Part shown: positions 40,101-49,359 of the stretch, one piece after another | Position numbering within the stretch: position 1 is the first letter of the stretch | Layout of the letters: every line of letters begins with the position of its first letter | NCBI GenBank assembly: GCA_963662795.1 | Contig: OY759746.1 | Coordinates: forward strand, 992,001-1,056,000 | From: Spirochaetia bacterium | Lineage (GTDB): Bacteria; Spirochaetota; Spirochaetia; CADAEX01 | Reading direction: 5' to 3' | Length of the DNA: 64,000 nt | Notes under the pieces: generated by a model | The model's input: the letters and a program-made list of their open reading frames with translations, nothing else | What the model was told of the DNA's origin: nothing | The model's database searches: none | Program-made: the position numbers and the translations under genes

Positions 40101-43100
40101 CTCCCGTAAATGAGGCATTCACCGCACTTAAACTGTTTGCAAGGGTTGAACTCCCTCCGCTTACAAGAAAATCACCTGTTATCGCAGTTGTCCCTGTCGG
40201 GCTGAAGGTACCCCCTGAAAGACTTACATCAGCTCCTGCTGTAAGCGCTCCGCTTCCTGTATAGCTTCCCGCGCTTATCAAAAGGTCCCCGGGTGTTACT
40301 CCAACTGCCCCGCTTCCTGTGTATGCGCTTGCCGCGTTATTTATCGTAAAATCTCCAGTACTTACAGAAAGGCTTCCTGGATTAGTTACTGTAAGGTCTC
40401 CACCCGAAAGCGTCAGCGTTCCCGCATCAAGGACTCCCGCGCTGTGCGTAAGGCTTCCCCCGCTGATATCAAGCAGTCCTGTTACTGTTACGGCTGCCCC
40501 GCTTGTCCTCGCCCCGGCTGTGATATCTACATTGTTAAAATCACTCCCTCCGGCAGCTATGCTCCCTGCCCCGTCAAAGACTACAAGGTTTCCCCCATGC
40601 GTAAATGTTCCGCTGTTGCTCCAGTTCCCTGCCACATTTATCTGATTCCCTGCCGCTAAAAGCGTCCCCGCCGTTATCGTAAGAGCTCCGTTTACATCAA
40701 TGGCGCTTGCAAGCGTTACACTTACTCCGGCTACCGTGAAATTATTAAAACTGTTTGTTGCAGTAAGAGACGGTGTTGTCCCGTCAAAGATTACCTCTCC
40801 TGTCCCTGCCGTAAATACTGCGGCACTCTCATCCCAGTCTCCGGCCACATTTATCGTCCTGCCAGTCCCGGACAGGGTTGCCGATGCATTTGTAAGTGAC
40901 ACATTCCCGTTTACATCTATCGCTCCGGTCCCTGTAAGGGTACCGTTACTCATCGAAAGGTTCCCGCTTAAGTTAAACGCACCGTTCGCCGTCACTGTCC
41001 CGGCTCCCGTAAATGAGGCATTCACCGCACTTAAACTGTTTGCAAGGGTTGAACTCCCTCCGCTTACAAGAAAATCACCTGTTATCGCAGTTGTTCCTGT
41101 CGGGCTGAAGGTACCCCCTGAAAGACTTACATCAGCTCCTGCTGTAAGCGCCCCGCTTCCTGTGTAACTACCGTCACTTATCACAAGATCTCCGGGTGTT
41201 ACTCCAACTGTCCCGCTTCCTGTGTATGCGCTTGCCGCGTTATTTATCGTAAAATCTCCAGTACTTACAGAAAGGCTTCCCGTGGTATTTACTGTAAGGT
41301 TTCCCCCCGAAAGCGTCAGCGTTCCCGCATCAAGGACTCCCGCGCTGTGCGTAAGGCTTCCCCCGCTGATATCAAGCAGTCCTGTTACTGTTACGGCTGC
41401 CCCGCTTGTCCTCGCCCCGGCTGTGATATCTACATTGTTAAAATCACTCCCTCCGGCCGTTATGCTCCCTGCCCCGTCAAAGACTACAAGGTTTCCCCCA
41501 TGCGTAAATGTTCCGCTGTTGCTCCAGTTCCCTGCCACATTTATCTGATTCCCTGCCGCTAAAAACGTCCCCGCCGTTATCGTAAGAGCTCCGTTTACAT
41601 CAATGGCGCTTGCAAGCGTTACACTTACCCCGGCTACCGTGAAATTATTAAAACTGTTTGTTGCTGTAAGAGACGGCGTTGTCCCGTCAAAGATTACTGT
41701 CCCTGTCACTGCCGTAAATGCCGCGGCACTCTCATCCCAGTCCCCGGCCACATTTATCGTCCTGCCATCCCCGGAAAGGTCCGCCAATGCATTTGTAAGT
41801 GACACGTTCCCGTTTACATCTATCGCTCCGGTCCCTGTAAGCGTACCAGCACTCATCGAAAGGTTCCCGCTTAAGTTAAACGCACCGTTCGCCGTCACTG
41901 TCCCGGCTCCCGTAAATGAGGCATTCACCGCACTTAAACTGTTTGCAAGGGTTGAACTCCCTCCGCTTACAAGAAAATCACCTGTTATCGCAGTTGTCCC
42001 TGTCGGGCTGAAGGTACCCCCTGAAAGACTTACATCAGCTCCTGCTGTAAGCGCTCCGCTTCCTGTATAGCTTCCCGCGCTTATCAAAAGGTCCCCGGGT
42101 GTTACTCCAACTGTCCCGCTTCCTGTGTATGTGCTTGCCGCGTTATTTATCGTAAAATCTCCAGTACTTACAGAAAGGCTTCCTGGATTAGTTACTGTAA
42201 GGTCTCCACCCGAAAGCGTCAGCGTTCCCGCATCAAGGACTCCGCCGCTGTGCGTAAGGCTTCCCCCGCTGATATCAAGCAGTCCTGTTACCGTAAATGC
42301 AGTTCCGCTTGTCCTCGCCCCGGCTGTGATATCTACATTGTTAAAATCACTCCCTCCGGCCGTTATGCTCCCTGCCCCGTCAAAGACTACAAGGTTTCCC
42401 CCATGCGTAAATGTTCCGCTGTTGCTCCAGTTCCCTGCCACATTTATCTGATTCCCTGCCGCTAAAAGCGTCCCCGCCGTTATCGTAAGAGCTCCGTTTA
42501 CATCAATGGCGCTTGCAAGCGTTACACTTACTCCGGCTACCGTGAAATTATTAAAACTGTTTGTTGCAGTAAGAGACGGCGTTGTCCCGTCAAAGATTAC
42601 CTCTCCTGTCCCTGCCGTAAATACTGCGGCACTCTCATCCCAGTCTCCGGCCACATTTATTGTCCTGCCATCCCCGGAAAGGTCCGCCAATGCATTTGTA
42701 AGTGACACGTTCCCGTTTACATCTATCGCTCCGCTTCCATTAAGGGTACCATCACTCATCGAAAGGTTTCCGCTTAAGTTAAACGCACCGTTCGCCGTCA
42801 CTGTCCCGGCTCCCGTAAATGAGGCATTCACCGCGCTTAAACTGTTTGCAAGGGTTGAACTCCCTCCGCTTACAAGAAAATCACCGCCAATTGTTACTGT
42901 ACCCCCGACGGTTGAAGAATCAAGAGTACCGGAAACGTTACAATCACCTGTTGTTGTAAGTGAAAATCCGTTTGTATTAAGAGTTCCGTTAATAGTTATC
43001 GTTGAACAGCTTAAATCATCAAGAAGAGTAACTGAACTGCCGCTGTCTATGGTTATGGCACCCAGATTGACTGTATTTGTTGTAAGATCAGTTGTACCGT

Positions 43101-43515
43101 TAAAAACAGTTGATCCGGTTGAAACATAAGCACCTGTTCCGCTTAGAGTCATATTACCGGCAACTTCTAAAATTCCATCATTATTGAATGTTCCGTCACT
43201 TATTATTAAATCCCCGTCAAGAGTGAGGATATTGCCGCTGTTTATAGTTACAGATGCCCCTGGTGCAGATAAAGTAAGTCCTAAAATATTATAATCATTA
43301 TCAGTAACAGGATAGTTTCCAAGTGCTCCATTATCAATAACAGCATTTTCTGCATTTGTATCTGGGACATTATTAGGGGCCCAGTTAGTGGCAGTCCCCC
43401 ATATACCTGTGCCAGCACCTTCATCCCACGTCCTATTTTGTGCATTTATCTGAAATAGAGGTAATGTAATAAAAAGAATTACTAATATCTGCTGTATTTT
43501 TAATTTCATAAACAA
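34174..43515 (-). CDS. Giant (3113 aa) secreted/surface protein with beta-solenoid-like tandem repeats and a C-terminal FlgD-Ig-like domain
   Basis: Signal peptide, W-x-W-x-NW N-terminal motif, G/T/S/A/N-rich repeats, C-terminal VTILNNVINP...WDGKN...VARGIYFIRV...KVLVVK. Confidence 0.88.
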   Translation of the reverse strand: MFMKLKIQQILVILFITLPLFQINAQNRTWDEGAGTGIWGTATNWAPNNVPDTNAENAVIDNGALGNYPVTDNDYNILGLTLSAPGASVTINSGNILTLDGDLIISDGTFNNDGILEVAGNMTLSGTGAYVSTGSTVFNGTTDLTTNTVNLGAITIDSGSSVTLLDDLSCSTITINGTLNTNGFSLTTTGDCNVSGTLDSSTVGGTVTIGGDFLVSGGSSTLANSLSAVNASFTGAGTVTANGAFNLSGNLSMSDGTLNGSGAIDVNGNVSLTNALADLSGDGRTINVAGDWDESAAVFTAGTGEVIFDGTTPSLTATNSFNNFTVAGVSVTLASAIDVNGALTITAGTLLAAGNQINVAGNWSNSGTFTHGGNLVVFDGAGSITAGGSDFNNVDITAGARTSGTAFTVTGLLDISGGSLTHSGGVLDAGTLTLSGGDLTVTNPGSLSVSTGDFTINNAASTYTGSGTVGVTPGDLLISAGSYTGSGALTAGADVSLSGGTFSPTGTTAITGDFLVSGGSSTLANSLSAVNASFTGAGTVTANGAFNLSGNLSMSAGTLTGTGAIDVNGNVSLTNALADLSGDGRTINVAGDWDESAAAFTAVTGTVIFDGTTPSLTATNSFNNFTVAGVSVTLASAIDVNGALTITAGTFLAAGNQINVAGNWSNSGTFTHGGNLVVFDGAGSITAGGSDFNNVDITAGARTSGAAVTVTGLLDISGGSLTHSAGVLDAGTLTLSGGNLTVNTTGSLSVSTGDFTINNAASAYTGSGTVGVTPGDLVISDGSYTGSGALTAGADVSLSGGTFSPTGTTAITGDFLVSGGSSTLANSLSAVNASFTGAGTVTANGAFNLSGNLSMSNGTLTGTGAIDVNGNVSLTNASATLSGTGRTINVAGDWDESAAVFTAGTGEVIFDGTTPSLTATNSFNNFTVAGVSVTLASAIDVNGALTITAGTLLAAGNQINVAGNWSNSGTFTHGGNLVVFDGAGSIAAGGSDFNNVDITAGARTSGAAVTVTGLLDISGGSLTHSAGVLDAGTLTLSGGDLTVTNPGSLSVSTGDFTINNAASAYTGSGAVGVTPGDLLISAGSYTGSGALTAGADVSLSGGTFSPTGTTAITGDFLVSGGSSTLANSLSAVNASFTGAGTVTANGAFNLSGNLSMSNGTLTGTGAIDVNGNVSLTNAAANLSGDGRTINVAGDWDESAAVFTAVTGTVIFDGTTPSLTATNSFNNFTVAGVSVTLASAIDVNGALTITAGTFLAAGNQINVAGNWSNSGTFTHGGNLVVFDGAGSITAGGSDFNNVDITAGARTSGAAVTVTGLLDISGGSLTHSGGVLDAGTLTLSGGNLTVNTTGSLSVSTGDFTINNAASAYTGSGAVGVTPGDLVISDGSYTGSGALTAGADVSLSGGTFSPTGTTAITGDFLVSGGSSTLANSLSAVNASFTGAGTVTANGAFALSGNLSMSAGTLTGTGAIDVNGNVSLTNASATLSGTGRTINVAGDWDESAAAFTAVTGTVIFDGTTPSLTATSSFNNFTVAGVSVTLASAIDVNGDLTITAGTLLASGNQINVAGNWSNSGTFTHGGNLVVFDGAGSITAGGSDFNNVDITAGARTSGAAVTVTGLLDISGGSLTHSAGVLDAGTLTLSGGDLTVTNPGSLSVSTGDFTINNAASAYTGSGAVGVTPGDLVISDGSYTGSGALTAGADVSLSGGTFSPTGTTAITGDFLVSGGSSTLANSLSAVNASFTGAGTVTANGAFALSGNLSMSAGTLTGTGAIDVNGNVSLTNASATLSGTGRTINVAGDWDESAAVFTAGTGEVIFDGTTPSLTATNSFNNFTVAGVSVTLASAIDVNGDLTITAGTLLAAGNQINVAGNWSNSGTFTHGGNLVVFDGAGSITAGGSDFNNVEIDGTAYTAGADITLDGTLTRTAGNLVMGANQLSVAGDVIYTSGTLTSTVIVTLNGGGAQDVDFTDTTLTNLTVNKAGGTATAGSDITLAGYFSNILGGFDLNDFEMTVTTDVIISAGTLSTGSGRINCGGDWQTAVGAVFDSGTGVVIFNGGGAQSLTTGGNDGNHDFYNIAVNKSGGTISVLTNDLLCRNFFHFAGTLNIAGRTVRTTGDFAVFGAGYAADNEWSAGNWTTDVFKYDPDPAFTRPAAIDAASASVLAIIDETVTHTAVFSDLDGATIRTDGNFYNNGADMPATVNWNLQIRDNSSGITFFAEAYGVITVTNSQVALNPLDGTIGNIAAAEGVTATGCSAEWKTTRTTIAGAGTYTVYDDVIRVEFDELIENTNDEISAAVADIFLTAYATSFTGTYTDAECTISTDTVDDIDTFYIRITTNPWNTDAQNASLGNVSSTDRDGTHQTNIPQIHFRKHFAGLYQTLRDQYKNRLDTTDYITVTDKCPPVLVSITADRDAGTAQAYNYHNYFQLKYSEPVNLGTAAGFTIADATASNVRAQPLFDDSASGKYGGSIEQSGADVDITGFFTYAASTVNKGSKDGTPEVNSLYRANTGGAANSDSTLGIRIFIAGYSTGADPDQVYPGYLWGVTDPVAKAVTVPANNFITDASGNILEHTAGSAYPKIAVSVAGAGWDVDQPVISAYSPGAITGPYNEILTRDTDTDNLIDRLEIHIHDNSADDGTWDSTADHPDPTAGEGLRDTSVTSSSTGFTINSTGNTTVRPASGFSFLTAVENSLFKPTLPYQINVKNDMYFSISFNDSELPLNYLTQLILSYDSSVGFITDLSGNLLYNETNINCYEQVPPGFTYTLSIVGDDKIFVKFSEYVYGQINPPHATTDPVDAADFTIPGYTISGVDRVERAPDNIGTLTAFINVDSAITANDAISLSITPFDGASVFDALGTPMDAAEAHRITDIGIGIIEPVWADDSIESENIQIGGTLKYFDGTGKLHDSDITLEANILASNAAGFPVNIFYDANVPSSYYWNDIWLPALIPGFNPAGNTSARGSAAYSSSGTLRTFLIPENDSEMTAGKRMDFIFRVGDLFCARVANPDDPRTVIPWSVKIEGVKEQRSGVTILNNVINPLKGEKTVLSYDLKKRGGVTINIFSLSGDVVKTLYKGTQPAGSYSFTWDGKNSGGRVVARGIYFIRVVGPGISEYRKVLVVK
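37817..42885 (-). repeat. Intragenic tandem repeat, 903-bp (301-aa) unit, about 5.6 near-identical copies
   Basis: Equivalent antisense ORFs recur at 37991, 38894, 39797, 40700, 41603 and 42506, an exact 903-bp period. Confidence 0.97.
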
Positions 43516-43597
43516 TAAACTCCTGAAAGAGTTTTTATTTTACAATAAAAAATTACTTTTTACATATTTAATAATAATATTATCATAGATCATTTAC

Positions 43598-43632
43598 AAA
43601 AAAAAGGGATGTCCCTTATCTCAGGCATCCCC
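43598..43632 (-). terminator. Intrinsic terminator after the USP gene
   Basis: Minus strand GGGATG-CCTGAGATAAGGGA-CATCCC followed by a long T run. Confidence 0.75.
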
Positions 43633-43716
43633 AGCACCAATATACCAATTCACAAGACATTTGAAGCATAATTCTTTCAACTAATTGATGAATTTCTTAC
43701 TTTCTCAAGCAGAGAG

Positions 43717-44172
43717 TCACTCTTCTCCCGGTATTATTATAACAGGACAAGCGGCCTTTCTCGCCACAAAACCTGCAGTATTACCGTAGAAAAGGGTTTT
43801 AAGCTTGCTTGAGCCCTGCCTGCCGATAATTATCAGGTCCGCGCCTGTCTCACCTGCCGCATCAAGGATACTCTGATTAACCCGCCCTACTGCCATTCTT
43901 ACTGAATATTTTATATCTGATGGAATTTTTGAAGTATAGGCCTTCTCGGTTTTTGCATCAATATCAGCTTTTGCCTTGCTGTCAACAGCATCAAGCTCAT
44001 AGATATAGGATTTCCAGAACTGGGCATCCGGCTCAGGGACTATGTGGAAAATGATAATCTCGCATTCAGGGTTGCCTTCAGCAATATTAAGCGCATATTT
44101 AAAAGCAAGATCGGCATTTTCTGAAAAATCCGTGCAGAAAAGTATTTTTTTGAAAATATTTCTGTGAGGCAT
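43717..44172 (-). CDS. Universal stress protein (UspA family)
   Basis: KKILFCTDFS, ADLIIIGRQG, YGNTA, CPVIIIP. Confidence 0.93.
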   Translation of the reverse strand: MPHRNIFKKILFCTDFSENADLAFKYALNIAEGNPECEIIIFHIVPEPDAQFWKSYIYELDAVDSKAKADIDAKTEKAYTSKIPSDIKYSVRMAVGRVNQSILDAAGETGADLIIIGRQGSSKLKTLFYGNTAGFVARKAACPVIIIPGEE

Positions 44173-44200
44173 ATCTCCCCCTCCTTATGACACTTTGATA

Positions 44201-45499
44201 TTACCGTAAATTCGGCAGAAACAGGCTGATCTGCGGAAAAGCGACAAGAAGAATTGCAGCCAGTATAAGCATATACAGAAAAGGGAGTGCACCTTTGAAG
44301 ATAGTCTGAAGCGGAATATCCCGCTCAATACCGCTTACCACATAAACATTTACACCTACCGGAGGTGTTATTACCCCCATCTGCGTAATAACAACTACCA
44401 TTACCCCGAACCATACCGGATCATATCCGAGTTCCATAATTACAGGGTAGAAGATTGGTATTGTAAGAAGAACAAGGGCCAGAGCATCAATGAAGCAGCC
44501 GGCTGCGAGAAAAAACAGGATAATAAGAAACATTACCATGAAACCCGGAAGGGGCAGATTGGTAAACCACCTCGCAGCCGCAAACGGGATCTGGGAAACA
44601 GCAAGGAACCGCCCGAAAATAACAGCTCCTGTTACAATAAAGAAGATCATGCTTGAAGTGCGGACTGTCTCCTGTATGATTTTTTTTATTACAGACAGAT
44701 TAAGTTTCCCTTTTACCAGTGCGATCAGGATACTGCCTCCGGCGCCTATTGCGGCCGCCTCTATCGGTGTAAAAAGGCCCAGAAACATGCCTCCCATAAC
44801 CACGCCGAAGAGTAAAAGCGTTTCAATGACACCGTTTAAGGAACGGAACCGTTCCTTCCAGGATGCTTTGGGACCTTTAGGCCCGAGTTTTTTATTAATC
44901 GTGCACCGTATGCCGATCGAGACACAGAAAAGAAACGCAATCATAAGGCCGGGGATAATACCGGCGAGAAAGAGTTTGCCAATAGACTGTTCTGTCATGA
45001 CAGCATAAACGATAAAAACCACGCTTGGAGGGATAAGCATACCTATGCTTCCCCCTGCCGCTACCGATCCGCCCGCAAGTTCATCCGAATATGAGTAGCG
45101 GCGCATCTCGGGAAGGGCAACCGATGCCATGGTAGCCGCGGTAGCGGGGCCTGATCCGCTTATTGCCCCGAAGCCTGTACAGGCTCCGATCGTAGCCATG
45201 GCAAGCCCCCCGGGCAGATGTCCTATCCATGCATAGGCAGTCCTGAAAAGTTTTGTGCTTATTCCGGCGTGAAAAGAGACCTGCCCCATCATTACAAAAA
45301 GAGGAATTACAGTGAGGTTATATGAGGAGAAAGTATCGAAAATATCTGATGTTACCATACTGAGCGCGGCATGCGGGTTTACTATCATGGCAAAACCGGC
45401 AACCCCTGCTGTTATCATCGCGAACGCAACCGGCATGCTGGCAAAAAGGAGCACAAAAAGAAATAAACATCCGGCAAGGCCGATTTCAACTGGCGTCAT
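44201..45499 (-). CDS. dctM: TRAP transporter large permease
   Basis: IPLFVMMG, GAISGSGPATA, LIPPS, FTPIEAAAIG, ITPPVGVNVY. Confidence 0.95.
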   Translation of the reverse strand: MTPVEIGLAGCLFLFVLLFASMPVAFAMITAGVAGFAMIVNPHAALSMVTSDIFDTFSSYNLTVIPLFVMMGQVSFHAGISTKLFRTAYAWIGHLPGGLAMATIGACTGFGAISGSGPATAATMASVALPEMRRYSYSDELAGGSVAAGGSIGMLIPPSVVFIVYAVMTEQSIGKLFLAGIIPGLMIAFLFCVSIGIRCTINKKLGPKGPKASWKERFRSLNGVIETLLLFGVVMGGMFLGLFTPIEAAAIGAGGSILIALVKGKLNLSVIKKIIQETVRTSSMIFFIVTGAVIFGRFLAVSQIPFAAARWFTNLPLPGFMVMFLIILFFLAAGCFIDALALVLLTIPIFYPVIMELGYDPVWFGVMVVVITQMGVITPPVGVNVYVVSGIERDIPLQTIFKGALPFLYMLILAAILLVAFPQISLFLPNLR

Positions 45500-46032
45500 G
45501 GCTTAATCATCTCCTTTCCCGGATGAATCAGGTGGTAAAAAACAGTTATGCACACAAGAGTAAGGCTTACAGCAATTATAATCGGTATCCAGAATACAGG
45601 GATTTTAAGCGTAGGCATTACCTGGGCGCTTTTCAAAAGCGTAACAGAGTAAAGAATATTTCTGTAAATCAGGATTCCAAAGAGAGAGATCGTGATTATC
45701 CTGAACAGGGAATCAAGGATGATTCTTCCAGTAAGTGAAAAATTATGATAAAAAAATTCAATGGCAACATGCCCTTTGACAGCAGTAACATAGGGCAGAG
45801 CAAATGCTATCGAGGTAACACCGGCGATCCTTACTATGTCGTAAGCCCCGGCAATACCTATGTTGAATATCCTTAAAACAACATCCGCTGTTGTGACAAG
45901 TATCATTACAAAAACTGCCGCACCCGAGATATATGTGAAAAACAGGATTATGCTTCTTAATTTATTGAAGAAAGCCTCTCCTGTTTCTCTCTTTTTTATT
46001 GGCTGCACTTTATGATTCATATCAGGTGCCAA
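45496..46032 (-). CDS. dctQ: TRAP transporter small permease
   Basis: Four TM segments, ADVVLR, GHVAIEF; lies between the SBP and dctM. Confidence 0.9.
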   Translation of the reverse strand: MAPDMNHKVQPIKKRETGEAFFNKLRSIILFFTYISGAAVFVMILVTTADVVLRIFNIGIAGAYDIVRIAGVTSIAFALPYVTAVKGHVAIEFFYHNFSLTGRIILDSLFRIITISLFGILIYRNILYSVTLLKSAQVMPTLKIPVFWIPIIIAVSLTLVCITVFYHLIHPGKEMIKP

Positions 46033-46034
46033 AA

Positions 46035-47036
46035 CTATTTAAGCAGTGATTTAATATCATCAAGGAAAGCCCGGCCGGGAAGGCCTTTTGCCTCAACAGC
46101 TTCAATATAGCTTTCAAGGACAGGCTTAACCGATTCCACAAGCGCGTTTTCCTGTTCGGCTGAAAGTGAAATAAATGTTTTGTTAAGTCCTTTTACAAAC
46201 TCTTCCCCTTCACTGTCGCTTTTATCCCATGCTTTTCCCTGTTTCTCTATCCACTCGTTGCTTACTTCATCAAAAACTTTCTGTATATCTGCGGGGAGAC
46301 TTTCCCATTTCTGCCTGTTCATCACCACAAACATAGCAGTTGTGTAGCCGATCGCTCTGGTATCAATTACATAATCGATAACCTCGCCCTGTTTCCAGCC
46401 TTTAAGTGTTTCAACAGGACAGAAAGTAGCTTCCGCTACCCCTTTCTGGAGAGCTTCATAGGTTTCACCCTGGCTCATGGCAATGGGAACAGCTCCTAAA
46501 CTTGACACAATCTTGGCGGAAAGTCCTGTTGCCCGTATTTTCATTGCAGCAATATCAGAAATTGATTCTATCTTTTTTTTGGAGGCAAGTATCCCGGGGC
46601 CGTGGGCATGAAGGTAAAGGACTTTTACATCGCTAAGCTCAGCGGGATTGTATTTCTTTACCATTTCATTCGCAACTTTTGTCGCGGTAAGACCGTCCGG
46701 ATAGCCGACAGGAAGGTCAAGTCCTTCAAGCAGCGGGAATCTCCCCCTGGTATAGGCAAAAACACTCATTCCGATATCAGATACACCGTTTACAACCCCT
46801 TCGTAGACCTGAGGTGCCTTGGTAAGGGTTTCCCCGGCATATACCGTGATTTTAACTTTACCGTCTGTTCTTTTCTCTATCTCCTGAGCCCATTCTGAAC
46901 CGGTCTGGGCCTGAAGATGGGATGCCGGAAAAAAGATGCTGTATGAAAGCTCTACAGCTTCAGCCTCTTTTTTACTGCATGATGAAAATGCCAATACAAT
47001 CAGTACCGCAATGATAAATAAACTGAGCTTTTTCAT
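46035..47036 (-). CDS. dctP: TRAP transporter substrate-binding lipoprotein
   Basis: LAFSSC lipobox, [30 protein letters not shown]. Start moved to ATG 47036 (SD AGGAG). Confidence 0.92.
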   Translation of the reverse strand: MKKLSLFIIAVLIVLAFSSCSKKEAEAVELSYSIFFPASHLQAQTGSEWAQEIEKRTDGKVKITVYAGETLTKAPQVYEGVVNGVSDIGMSVFAYTRGRFPLLEGLDLPVGYPDGLTATKVANEMVKKYNPAELSDVKVLYLHAHGPGILASKKKIESISDIAAMKIRATGLSAKIVSSLGAVPIAMSQGETYEALQKGVAEATFCPVETLKGWKQGEVIDYVIDTRAIGYTTAMFVVMNRQKWESLPADIQKVFDEVSNEWIEKQGKAWDKSDSEGEEFVKGLNKTFISLSAEQENALVESVKPVLESYIEAVEAKGLPGRAFLDDIKSLLK

Positions 47037-47061
47037 GGTAACTCCTATGGTTTTGAGTTCA

Positions 47062-47090
47062 ATGATAGAAAAAGCTATACTGTATGTCAA
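47062..47090 (-). promoter_or_regulatory. Sigma70 promoter of the TRAP operon
   Basis: TTGACA-17 nt-TATCAT on the minus strand, 25 nt before the dctP ATG. Confidence 0.75.
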
Positions 47091-47146
47091 TTAAAATTTC
47101 TTATAAATAGAAACATTATATGCGGTTGGCAGGTCATATACGCAAT

Positions 47147-47177
47147 AAAAAACGCCGCCTTAAACAGGCAGCGTTTT
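47147..47177 (-). terminator. Intrinsic terminator after htpG
   Basis: Minus strand AAAACGCTGCCT-GTTTA-AGGCGGCGTTTTTT. Confidence 0.8.
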
Positions 47178-47298
47178 GTCAACTTAAATTATCCATATGT
47201 TTTTTATAAATATCATAAACACGATAGCGTCCATCAGGGGCTGAAGAGCATGCCCGGCAGGACAACCCCGCAGTCAGGTAATCACTTTAAAAATCAGC

Positions 47299-49173
47299 CT
47301 AAACAGCTTTTCCCATCACCCGGTTAAGCCTCTTAACAAAATCCGCCGGCTTCTTGATCTCTACCCCTTCAACAAGCATGGCCTGTTCAAGAAGAAGAAA
47401 ACTGATGTCGTCAAAAAGAGCTTCATCCCTGATATCTTTTAGTTTCTCAATGATCTCATGTTTAGGGTTGATTTCAAGGATCGGCTTGATATCAGGCATA
47501 TCAGTCTGCCCCATGGCTTTAAGCATGTGCTGCATCTGTGCGGTCGGATCATTCTCGTCAACCACAATACAGCAGGGCGAACCGCTGAGCCTGCTTGAGG
47601 CAACAACATCCTTGACACTGTCGCCGAGGGATTTTTTAATCCTCTCTATTACAGGCTTTGCCTCTTTTGCGTTTTCCTTGTCTGCTTCTGTTTTAAGCTC
47701 ATCCCCGGCTCCGCTCCTGTTTACCGCCTTGAGCTCCTTCTCCATGTATTTCCCGAGTGTCGGAATAACAATCTCGTCTATCTCGTCATCCATTAAAAGT
47801 ACTTCGATATTTTTTTCCTTATATGCCTCAAGCAGCGGCGAATTGCGCAGGGTTTCCTCATTATCGCCTGTTATATAATATATAACCTTCTGGTCATCCT
47901 TCATTGCCGAGACATAATCCGAGAAGCTTATAAGCCCCTCACGCTCAGTGCTTTTAAAGCGGATAAGGTCCTGTATTGTTTCCCTGTTGCCGAAATCAGA
48001 GTAAAGCCCTTCTTTAAGCGGTCTGTTGTACTGTTTTATAAATTCTATGTATTTTTCGGGATTGCTTTCAGAGAGTTTCTTAAGTTCCGAAAGAACCTTC
48101 TTTACCGATGAATTTCTGATATTTGTCATCACCCTGTTCTGCTGCAGTATTTCCCTGCTTACATTCAGCGGCAGGTCTTCGGAGTCAATTACACCGCGGA
48201 GGAACCTTAAGTATGTCGGAAGCAGTTCCTTATCGTCATCAGTTATAAAAACCCTTGACACATAGAGCCTGACGCCCGGCCTGTAGTCTGCCTGGTACAT
48301 GTCAAACGGCGCTTTTTTAGGGATAAAGAAAAGGGTTGTATATTCCATAGTCCCTTCCGCCTGGGTATGGATCGTGTAAAGGGGATCGTCGGTATCATGT
48401 GAAATTGTCTTGTAAAACTCGTTGTAATCCTCATCGGTAAGGTCTGATTTTGATTTTTTCCAGAGAGCGGACGCTGAATTGATCTTTTCCCTCTTTTTAT
48501 TTACCTTCCCCTTCTTTTCCTTTCCCTTGTCGTCATACTCTTTTTCTGTATATTCAAGAAAAATCGGAAAAGCTATATGGTCCGAATATTTTTTTATGAC
48601 GCTTTCTATCTGCCAGCGGCTTGCGTATTCGCTGCCGTTCTCATTGAGGTAAAGTATTACATCAGTTCCGTGCCCCTCTTTTTCAGCTTCAGATACTGCA
48701 AAATCGCCCTTGCCGTCGCTTTCCCATTTAAATGCTTTGTCCTCGCCGGCTTTTTTCGAGATTACCTCAATTTTATCCGCAACCATAAAAGCCGAGTAAA
48801 AACCTACTCCGAACTGTCCGATAAGGTTTGAATCCCTTTTCTCGTCTCCTGTAAGGCTTGATAAAAAGTTTTTAGTACCGGAACGGGCAATTGTCCCGAG
48901 GTTAAGGACAAGCTCTTCCTCGTTCATACCTATTCCTGTGTCTTTTACGACAAGTTTTTTTACTTCCCCGTCATCATAGCTGATTTCTATTCCCGGCTCA
49001 TATGTAAGTCCTTTATACTTCTCATCAGTCAGGGTGAGGTATTTGAGTTTATCGAGAGCATCCGATGAATTCGATATAAGCTCCCTTAGAAATATTTCCT
49101 TATGGGAATAAAGCGAATGAATTATTAGATGAAGAAGCTGTGAAACTTCTGTCTGAAACTGGTGTGAAGACAT
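47299..49173 (-). CDS. htpG: Hsp90 chaperone HtpG
   Basis: FQTEVSQLLHLIIHSLYSHKEIFLRELISN, NLGTIARSGT, IGQFGVGFYS, LNVSREILQ, LEINPKH. Confidence 0.98.
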   Translation of the reverse strand: MSSHQFQTEVSQLLHLIIHSLYSHKEIFLRELISNSSDALDKLKYLTLTDEKYKGLTYEPGIEISYDDGEVKKLVVKDTGIGMNEEELVLNLGTIARSGTKNFLSSLTGDEKRDSNLIGQFGVGFYSAFMVADKIEVISKKAGEDKAFKWESDGKGDFAVSEAEKEGHGTDVILYLNENGSEYASRWQIESVIKKYSDHIAFPIFLEYTEKEYDDKGKEKKGKVNKKREKINSASALWKKSKSDLTDEDYNEFYKTISHDTDDPLYTIHTQAEGTMEYTTLFFIPKKAPFDMYQADYRPGVRLYVSRVFITDDDKELLPTYLRFLRGVIDSEDLPLNVSREILQQNRVMTNIRNSSVKKVLSELKKLSESNPEKYIEFIKQYNRPLKEGLYSDFGNRETIQDLIRFKSTEREGLISFSDYVSAMKDDQKVIYYITGDNEETLRNSPLLEAYKEKNIEVLLMDDEIDEIVIPTLGKYMEKELKAVNRSGAGDELKTEADKENAKEAKPVIERIKKSLGDSVKDVVASSRLSGSPCCIVVDENDPTAQMQHMLKAMGQTDMPDIKPILEINPKHEIIEKLKDIRDEALFDDISFLLLEQAMLVEGVEIKKPADFVKRLNRVMGKAV

Positions 49174-49359
49174 ATTCTTCTCCTGTATGAATTTGTTTTT
49201 GATAAGTCATTAAAATATACAAATATTTTTTTCAATCGGCAATTACTCAAATGCAGCTATTCTCTTGCTTTTTTCACTATGCTAAATTAAGGTTTTAAGG
49301 ATATCCTGAATTATAATAGATAGTGCTGCCGAAAGGAGAAGGCATCAGGAGGAGAATTT

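Noticed and set aside
37817-42885. Possible CRISPR array or diversity-generating retroelement
   Set aside because: Units are 903-bp in-frame coding repeats with no spacers; no cas or reverse transcriptase gene is present, and variation is block-wise rather than adenine-specific.
37991-43129. Series of repeated plus-strand ORFs (155, 108, 71 aa and others)
   Set aside because: Antisense shadows of the giant gene's repeats, without independent initiation signals.
49174-49359. CIRCE heat-shock operator upstream of htpG
   Set aside because: No TTAGCACTC-N9-GAGTGCTAA match.
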